A DNA stretch of 64,000 nucleotides from an uncultured Prochlorococcus sp. (GTDB lineage: Bacteria > Cyanobacteriota > Cyanobacteriia > PCC-6307 > Cyanobiaceae). This document shows positions 57,572 through 64,000 of the stretch, piece by piece. The notes beneath the pieces were generated by a model that saw only the letters and a program-made list of their open reading frames with translations, searched no databases and had not been told where the DNA came from. The stretch's first letter is position 1. Each line of letters opens with the position of its first letter. Location of the stretch: positions 545 to 64,544 of the forward strand of contig CABZHQ010000003.1 in NCBI GenBank assembly GCA_902525585.1, read 5' to 3'. The position numbers and the translations under genes are program-made.

Positions 57572-58345
57572 CTAATTCCTTAATTTCAAATCAATTCTCC
57601 ATTGATTTAGAATTGATGATGCGTTAATACTAGCTGTTGAAGTTCTTAAGATAGTATCAGAAAGTTTAACAAAGGTAATATTATTTTTATTAAAAAAATC
57701 AATTTCTTTAGAGGACCAACCCCCTTCAGGGCCAATTACATTCCAAAAAATACCACCTTTTTTATTATCAAATTCTTGCTGTTTTCTTAACCATTGATTT
57801 AAGCCATATATTTTTTCTTCTCTAGTTATAGAAATTGAAACTCTTTCTTGATTATTTCTACTTTTTAGCCATTCAATAATATCCACACCATTTAAAATAG
57901 ATGGTTTCCATAATCTCTCACTTTGCTCAACTGCTTCTTTGATAATTGAATTCCATCTCAAAAGTTTTCTCGAAAAATTTAAATTTTTGTTTACCTGTCT
58001 TTCTGAGAATAATGGCTGTATATAATCAATTCCTATTTCAGTACACATTTTTAAAATATCCTCAAAACCACTTTTTGGTATAACAACAGCTATTCCTAAT
58101 AAGTAAATTTCTTGTTCTTGAAATAAGTAAGGTTTTTTTAATTGATTTATTTCTAAACCATCATTTTTAACTTTTATAGCTTTCCATAATGAACCCTTTC
58201 CATTAGCTATAAATATTTCTTTACCATTTTTTATCCTCATTACTTTATTTAAATAATGAGCCTCTTCTTTAGAAAGTTCTAAGTTTTTGTTCTTAATATT
58301 TTCAATTCTCTCATGGGAAATAATTAATCTTGTTAAGTCTTCCAT
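57572..58345 (-). CDS. rsmE: 16S rRNA m3U1498 methyltransferase
   Basis: H...V.R, EAVEQS.R, IGPEGG, ILR.STA. Confidence 0.92.
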   Translation of the reverse strand: MEDLTRLIISHERIENIKNKNLELSKEEAHYLNKVMRIKNGKEIFIANGKGSLWKAIKVKNDGLEINQLKKPYLFQEQEIYLLGIAVVIPKSGFEDILKMCTEIGIDYIQPLFSERQVNKNLNFSRKLLRWNSIIKEAVEQSERLWKPSILNGVDIIEWLKSRNNQERVSISITREEKIYGLNQWLRKQQEFDNKKGGIFWNVIGPEGGWSSKEIDFFNKNNITFVKLSDTILRTSTASINASSILNQWRIDLKLRN

Positions 58346-58353
58346 CTAAAAAC

Positions 58354-58797
58354 TTAATCTTTGAAAACTAAATCTTCATGTTCTTCAATTGACCAATCAT
58401 TATTTTCACCCCCAATAATTAACTCTTCAATTTTTACATAATTATTTGATATCTCATTCAAAGAATTAATTAATATATCTATTGAAATGGAGTCTGAAGT
58501 TCCAAAATCAACCCAACATCTTCCCCAAAGATTTTGATATTCCATAATTCCCAAATTATGCATTAAGGATGGAAGAGATGCATTTTTTTGGTCATTATCA
58601 TAGGACATCCAACTTAGATCGGAACCCTCTTCATGAGTTTGCAAATTTTCAGAGTTAAATCCACCTAACCTTCCTAAAACGTACCAACTATCAAAAACAC
58701 CATCTAAATAATTTTTTTCATCTTGAGTTGGTGATTCTGAAAACTTGATCCATATCCAACAATTAAAAGGATCAACTTCCCTAAAAATAATATTCAT
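58354..58797 (-). CDS. DUF3531 family protein
   Basis: SW..LGRLGGFN..NLQ, MHN, DFGTSD. Confidence 0.8.
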   Translation of the reverse strand: MNIIFREVDPFNCWIWIKFSESPTQDEKNYLDGVFDSWYVLGRLGGFNSENLQTHEEGSDLSWMSYDNDQKNASLPSLMHNLGIMEYQNLWGRCWVDFGTSDSISIDILINSLNEISNNYVKIEELIIGGENNDWSIEEHEDLVFKD

Positions 58798-58880
58798 ATT
58801 GACTAATATCTTTTTAGATCTAAAGCTATTATAAGTAAGTTATTACTAGATTCAAATTCATACCTATAACTTAATTAATA

Positions 58881-59528
58881 ATGCTTGATTTAAAAGAAAT
58901 ATCTTATCAACCCCAGACCGGTGAAAGAAAAATAATAGACAATTTAAATTTAAAAGTTCATGAAAATGAAATCATTTTAATTTGCGGCAGTAGTGGTTCT
59001 GGGAAAACAACACTACTCGAAATAATAAGCGGATTAACAAATCCGCAAAAGGGAAAAATTACTTGGAAGAATAAAATTTTGTCTTCTAGACAAAGAAGAT
59101 GGTTTTGTGGAGTAGTATTCCAATTTCCTGAAAGATACTTTATAGGTACAACCATTGGTAAAGAATTAAAAATAGGCCATAAATCTTTAAGAGAAAAAAA
59201 TATAGAAATAGTTTTAAATAAAGTTGGTTTGAAAAAAATTAATCTGACTCAACCACCAGAACAGCTAAGTGGCGGACAACAAAGGCGGTTAGCTGTAGCA
59301 GTTCAACTACTTAGAAACCCCTCAATTCTTTTACTTGATGAACCAACTGCTGGATTAGACTATTCAATGAGAAATGATGTGAAGAATTTAATTCTTGATT
59401 TAAAAAATAAAAATACAATTATTATTGTTACTCATGAACCTGCCTTATTTGAGGGAATTCCTTCTAGGATATTATTCTTGGAAAAAGGGAAAATCAAAAA
59501 TTTTATGAAAGAAAATCATGCAGGATAG
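58881..59528 (+). CDS. ABC transporter ATP-binding protein
   Basis: [17 protein letters not shown]. Confidence 0.88.
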   Translation: MLDLKEISYQPQTGERKIIDNLNLKVHENEIILICGSSGSGKTTLLEIISGLTNPQKGKITWKNKILSSRQRRWFCGVVFQFPERYFIGTTIGKELKIGHKSLREKNIEIVLNKVGLKKINLTQPPEQLSGGQQRRLAVAVQLLRNPSILLLDEPTAGLDYSMRNDVKNLILDLKNKNTIIIVTHEPALFEGIPSRILFLEKGKIKNFMKENHAG

Positions 59529-60426
59529 GATAGTTCGGGCTACTGCAGCCAATGGAGGAATAAGATTAGTTGCAGTCTTAACAACAGAATCTTCTTTAGA
59601 AGCAAAAAAAAGACACAGCCTTTCTTACTTAACCACCTGTATTTTAGGCAGAGCATTTAGTGCTTCACTGCTTTTAGCAAGCTCGATGAAAATAATGCAT
59701 GGGAGAGTCACTTTAAGAGTTAGATCTGACGGACCTTTAAAGGGATTACTAGTTGATGCAGGTAGAGACGGGAAAGTTAGGGGTTATGTAGGGAATCCTA
59801 ATTTAGAATTGGACCTAGTCAAAATAGATAAAAATAAATATTCTTTTGATTTCACAAAAGCATTAGGTACTGGATATTTAAATGTAATTAGAGATAGTGG
59901 ATTTGGAGAACCCTTTACAAGCACTGTTGAATTAGTAAATGGGAATATTGCTGAAGACTTAGCTTCATATTTATATCATTCAGAGCAAACTCCCTCTGCT
60001 GTATTTATTGGAGAAAAAATTCAAAATAAAAGTATTATTTGTAGTGGTGGCTTATTAGCTCAAGTTTTACCTAAAAAAGATACTGACCCTCTGCTAGTCT
60101 CACTACTTGAAGAAAGATGCAAAGAAATTAATTCTTTCAGCGAAGATCTATTTAAGTCAAAAGATAATCTTCTTGAGTTAATTAGAAATATATTTCCCGA
60201 TATTGACGATAAATCAATCTCTGAAAAAGCTCGTTCTCAAGAAGTGAGTTTTAAATGCAAGTGTTCCAAACAAAGAAGTTTAAATGCGATGAAAATGCTT
60301 GATAAGAGCGAGTTAGAGGACATCCTCAAGAAAGATGGCAAAGCAGAGTTGGTTTGTGAATTTTGTAAAAATAAATATCTTATAAATTATGAAGAAATTA
60401 AATCTATGATAGAAAATCAATCATAA
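59518..60426 (+). CDS. hslO: Hsp33 chaperone
   Basis: SEQ.PS, CKCS, CEFC. Confidence 0.93.
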   Translation: MQDRIVRATAANGGIRLVAVLTTESSLEAKKRHSLSYLTTCILGRAFSASLLLASSMKIMHGRVTLRVRSDGPLKGLLVDAGRDGKVRGYVGNPNLELDLVKIDKNKYSFDFTKALGTGYLNVIRDSGFGEPFTSTVELVNGNIAEDLASYLYHSEQTPSAVFIGEKIQNKSIICSGGLLAQVLPKKDTDPLLVSLLEERCKEINSFSEDLFKSKDNLLELIRNIFPDIDDKSISEKARSQEVSFKCKCSKQRSLNAMKMLDKSELEDILKKDGKAELVCEFCKNKYLINYEEIKSMIENQS

Positions 60427-61095
60427 AAAAATTACGCCTAGCCATAAAATAACCATGGCCGGAATACTTTGAATTTTTTGTATTGATAAAGAGTTGTTTG
60501 ATACTTCCTGAATGAAAGAATTATTTTCAAGCAGTCCACCAAATATTAATCCTATCGAGAGAAAGGTAACACTCCAACCCAGAGAACCTATAAATCTTTT
60601 CCCTGATTTAATTTGGGTATAGGTAAGTATTAATGTTGAGATAGAGAGTAAAAGTCTATTATTAGAGTCTGGACTGATAAATAACAAAACTAAAAATAAT
60701 AGCCCAACAGATATTTTTATTGAAAGATTATCAAATGAGGGGGTAGTTATTTTTGGCAGACTATACTGACTTGAATTGTTAGAGTTATTATTTAAATTTT
60801 TTATCTTAGAAAGAAGTGGGAAGTTCTTATTGTTAAGTTGATTAATTTGTTTTTCTTTTTTTGAGGCACTCACAGCTTCATAGCTTACATTTCCTGATTG
60901 CCTGGCTTTCAAACTACCCATGAGTAATTGATCGAAGGAAGATTCTATTTTCGCTTTTAAAATTAAGTCTTCACCAGCCTCTTTAACTTTAATGTCTCTA
61001 GCCTTCTGAATATCCTCAAAAGCAGCACCCTCTTTTACACCTAAAATTTCATAAGGTGATTTTTCGTTATTATTTTTATTACTGTTTGAATCCAA
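60421..61095 (-). CDS. CPP1-like (J-like domain) membrane protein
   Basis: SPYEILGV...A.FE.I..AR; C-terminal TM helices. Confidence 0.8.
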   Translation of the reverse strand: MDSNSNKNNNEKSPYEILGVKEGAAFEDIQKARDIKVKEAGEDLILKAKIESSFDQLLMGSLKARQSGNVSYEAVSASKKEKQINQLNNKNFPLLSKIKNLNNNSNNSSQYSLPKITTPSFDNLSIKISVGLLFLVLLFISPDSNNRLLLSISTLILTYTQIKSGKRFIGSLGWSVTFLSIGLIFGGLLENNSFIQEVSNNSLSIQKIQSIPAMVILWLGVIFL

Positions 61096-61146
61096 AATTT
61101 TTTACCAATACTAACAGATTAACTAATTTTATAATCCATTAAGACT

Positions 61147-62784
61147 TTATAAAACAATTGGTTCGACTCCACTAACAACGGGCGCAACTTTGTTTAAATT
61201 TAATTGATTATTGTCTTCAACAAACTGATTTAGATTCCACTCATTTTTGAAAAGAATAACTGGCCTATTCCAACAATCTTTAACTATTTTACAGTTGAAT
61301 ATTCTGCCTAGTTTTTCAATGGCTGGCCATCCATCAGAAATCCATCTAGCCAATTGATATGGCATTGCTTCAAGATTTGCATCTACACCATATTCACTTT
61401 TTAATCTGTGAGTTACTACCTCCAGCTGCAATTGACCAACGGCTGCGAGTATAGGGTCTCTTTTACTCTCATCAAAGTCATAAAGAATCTGAACAGCTCC
61501 TTCTTCTCGAAGTTCATTAACACCCTTTCTAAAGTTTTTAAATGCTGAGGGATTTGGATTTCTTAACCAGCTGAATATTTCAGGACTAAAGGATGGTATG
61601 CCCTCATATTCCAGATGAGCACCCGTATAAAGAGTATCTCCAATAGAAAACATCCCTGGATTATTTAAACCAATAACATCTCCAGGATAGGCATCATCAA
61701 CTACTTCTCTATCTTGCCCAAATATTTTTTGTGGTCTTGATAATCTAATTGTTTTCCCAGTTCTAGAATGTTTAACTGACATATCCTTTTCAAATTTGCC
61801 ACTACAAACTCTTATAAAAGCAACCCTATCTCTGTGCTTTGGATCCATATTTGCCTGAAGCTTAAAAACAAACCCACTAAATTCATCGCTTGCAGGTTCA
61901 ATATCCCCTTTATTACTATTTCTTGAAGTTGGTTTTTGTGCCATTTTCAAAAAACTATCTAAAAATGGTCTTACGCCAAAATTAGTCATGGCAGATCCAA
62001 AGAAAACTGGGGTTAAAGAGCCATTAAAAACTTTTTCTTTTTCAAATTTAGATCCTGCCTCATCAAGAACCTCCAATTCTTCAAGTGAGTTTTCAAGTAA
62101 ATCTCTCTCTACATATTTTGATAGCTCTTTATCTTCAAGACTTAATCTTTTCTCATTCGATTGTTTCCCTCTCACTGCTTTATCAAATAAAATCACCTCT
62201 CTCGAAAATCTATCAATAACCCCTCTAAATTCCTCGCCACTCCCAATTGGCCAGTTTATAGGTAGGGTACTTAATCCAAGTTCTGATTCAATTTCATCAA
62301 GTAAAGAAAATGGCTCTCTTCCTGGTCTATCCATTTTATTTATGAAAGTAAATATTGGTATTTTTCGCATCTTGCAAACTTCAAACAATTTTCTAGTTTG
62401 AGGTTCTAATCCTTTAGCAGCATCTTCCAACATAACTGCATTATCAGCAGCAGCTAATGTTCTATAAGTATCTTCGGAGAAATCTTGGTGTCCTGGTGTA
62501 TCTAATAGATTAATTACAGATCTTTCATATTCAAATTGCAATACAGTTGATGTAATAGAAATACCTCTTTGTTTCTCAAGTTCCATCCAGTCTGAGGTGG
62601 CTTTTCTCTGATTACCCCTAGCTTTTACTGCTCCTGCCTGCTGAATGGCACCTCCATACAAAAGAAGCTTCTCGGTAAGAGTCGTTTTCCCAGCATCTGG
62701 ATGTGAAATAATAGCAAAATTTCTTCTTTTATTTACCGCATCCAGTATTTCTTTATTATTTAGAATTTTAGTATCTAAGCTCAT
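61147..62784 (-). CDS. prfC: Peptide chain release factor 3
   Basis: [28 protein letters not shown]. Confidence 0.97.
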   Translation of the reverse strand: MSLDTKILNNKEILDAVNKRRNFAIISHPDAGKTTLTEKLLLYGGAIQQAGAVKARGNQRKATSDWMELEKQRGISITSTVLQFEYERSVINLLDTPGHQDFSEDTYRTLAAADNAVMLEDAAKGLEPQTRKLFEVCKMRKIPIFTFINKMDRPGREPFSLLDEIESELGLSTLPINWPIGSGEEFRGVIDRFSREVILFDKAVRGKQSNEKRLSLEDKELSKYVERDLLENSLEELEVLDEAGSKFEKEKVFNGSLTPVFFGSAMTNFGVRPFLDSFLKMAQKPTSRNSNKGDIEPASDEFSGFVFKLQANMDPKHRDRVAFIRVCSGKFEKDMSVKHSRTGKTIRLSRPQKIFGQDREVVDDAYPGDVIGLNNPGMFSIGDTLYTGAHLEYEGIPSFSPEIFSWLRNPNPSAFKNFRKGVNELREEGAVQILYDFDESKRDPILAAVGQLQLEVVTHRLKSEYGVDANLEAMPYQLARWISDGWPAIEKLGRIFNCKIVKDCWNRPVILFKNEWNLNQFVEDNNQLNLNKVAPVVSGVEPIVL

Positions 62785-62815
62785 TTATATAATATAAGGG
62801 CCTTTCACTTAGTTC

Positions 62816-63511
62816 TTAAACATTACCATAGACTATTAAATAATTTTCACCTTCCTCAAACACATCTAAAGAGGATAGATCATTCTCTAAGATGAAATTT
62901 TTTAACTCTTTAAAAGTATAAGAAGCTCTTAAAGAGGCATAATAATCATTAGTTAAAATCTCATTATATTTAGTTGAACATTGTGCTTTGAGTTCTAAAG
63001 CAGACTTTTCATCTAATGGCCTTTTTAAGTCCTTGTGAAAATTTACAGTAATATTACTAGATAAAATTCTTATTGTGTTGAAGAAATCTTCAAGATTGGT
63101 AATGTGATGAATCAAACTGTTGCTTACAAGTAAACTAATTCTTTTTTTAAATAAAAAATTATTTGATTTAATGTCTTTGATGTCAGAACAAATGTAGCGT
63201 AAATTTTTTAGTTTTTTTTGATTTTTAGAAATACTCTTATTATATTCTGCTCTCAAAATCATCTCTTTAGAACCATCTATTCCTACGACTGCAGTATTAG
63301 GCCATTTTATTGCTAACTTCTCAGAAATATTTCCTGGGCCACATCCTAAATCAACTATTAAATCTTTTTCACCTAAAGAAATATTTTTTTTCAAAAGATA
63401 TTGATTTATTTGATTAATTAGATTAACTTCCCCTTCTGAAAAATCAGCTTCGTCATAAGAAATGACCTGCTCTTTTTCTTCCATTAATTCAGGTTCGGGG
63501 ACTCTTTCCAT
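62816..63511 (-). CDS. Class I SAM-dependent methyltransferase
   Basis: R.PEPELM, DLGCGPG, SNSL.HH. Confidence 0.88.
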   Translation of the reverse strand: MERVPEPELMEEKEQVISYDEADFSEGEVNLINQINQYLLKKNISLGEKDLIVDLGCGPGNISEKLAIKWPNTAVVGIDGSKEMILRAEYNKSISKNQKKLKNLRYICSDIKDIKSNNFLFKKRISLLVSNSLIHHITNLEDFFNTIRILSSNITVNFHKDLKRPLDEKSALELKAQCSTKYNEILTNDYYASLRASYTFKELKNFILENDLSSLDVFEEGENYLIVYGNV

Positions 63512-63645
63512 ATCCTTTCTTGAAACAAAGATTTCATATTAAACATAATTCTACACAAACCGTTAAATAGTGGTAAGAATAGTTGCAGACGCCACAGGTA
63601 GAGTTATTCTTCCAGTACGGGTTATTTACATACGTTTTTTTTATC

Positions 63646-64000
63646 GTGACTGTTGCACCAAATAAAGCTTCTTCAGAGAGCAATTCCAATAATCTTAAAA
63701 AAGATGATTTTCCAAAGACTGCGCCAGCTGCTTACCCAGTTTTTTTCAGATCTTATAGTAGAAAAACTTCATCTGGCAAAAGAGAGAACTGGAGCGAAGT
63801 AGGCGAAAGGAATTTATCGGGATTAAAAGAATTAGGAAAACTTTCTGAAGAAGAATTAATCCTAATGAGAGAGATGCAAAGTAACCAAAAAGCTCAACCT
63901 TCAGGAAGATGGTTATGGATAGGCGGAACCTCTTGGATTAATAAGAACCAAAATTTCTCAGGAGCATACAACTGCACCTCAACAAACTTAATTGATTGGG
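63646..64000 (+). CDS. nrdJ: B12-dependent ribonucleotide reductase, 5' part (runs off the window)
   Basis: Translated by hand from GTG: FP.TAPAA.PVF.R.YSR, PSGRWLWIGGT, GAYNCTST. Confidence 0.9.
   Translation, partial: MTVAPNKASSESNSNNLKKDDFPKTAPAAYPVFFRSYSRKTSSGKRENWSEVGERNLSGLKELGKLSEEELILMREMQSNQKAQPSGRWLWIGGTSWINKNQNFSGAYNCTSTNLIDW

Noticed and set aside
308-62401. Many shadow ORFs in the track (e.g. 308, 4061, 7812, 9948, 42613, 45179, 49163, 56961, 61988)
   Set aside because: They overlap well-supported genes on the opposite strand or in another frame and carry no motifs
63555-63610. Possible NrdR boxes or B12 riboswitch upstream of nrdJ
   Set aside because: Only weak matches to the NrdR consensus; no B12 box and too little space

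Overview
This is a very AT-rich cyanobacterial chromosome segment whose gene content, order and protein sequences indicate a high-light-type Prochlorococcus. It has three parts. (1) About 1-21.2 kb is a phosphate-acquisition island: pstCA(B), arsR-gap-arsJ-chrA, pstS, a phoE/som porin, a 2OG-Fe(II) oxygenase, a phoA-like phosphatase, phoRB, ptrA and an extra phnD-C-E-E transporter. It carries Pho-box-like 11-bp repeats and a glutamine-II (downstream-peptide) riboswitch. (2) About 21.2-41.9 kb is a hypervariable island of small genes, microproteins, paralog pairs, pseudogenes, phage-like genes, an hli gene, LexA-boxed DUF1651 genes and a truncated NAD ligase. (3) About 41.9-64 kb is core genome: 6S RNA, purK, aroB, nadA, ctpA, ispG, udg, aspC, core phnDCE, rsmE, hslO, prfC and the start of nrdJ. 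The most striking unexplained structure is a 17-bp near-palindromic direct repeat (GATTGACAGTCGATCTA on the minus strand, often followed by a terminator hairpin). It lies at or just after the stop codon of successive co-oriented small genes at 21.2-23.3 kb, giving an integron-cassette-like array with no integrase in the window. Other candidates are an intergenic DnaA-box cluster, Yfr1-motif hairpins, a shared MKRL signal-peptide module and a duplicated microprotein with a conserved Pho-box-like promoter. All family assignments come from motif recognition by eye; no database search was run.
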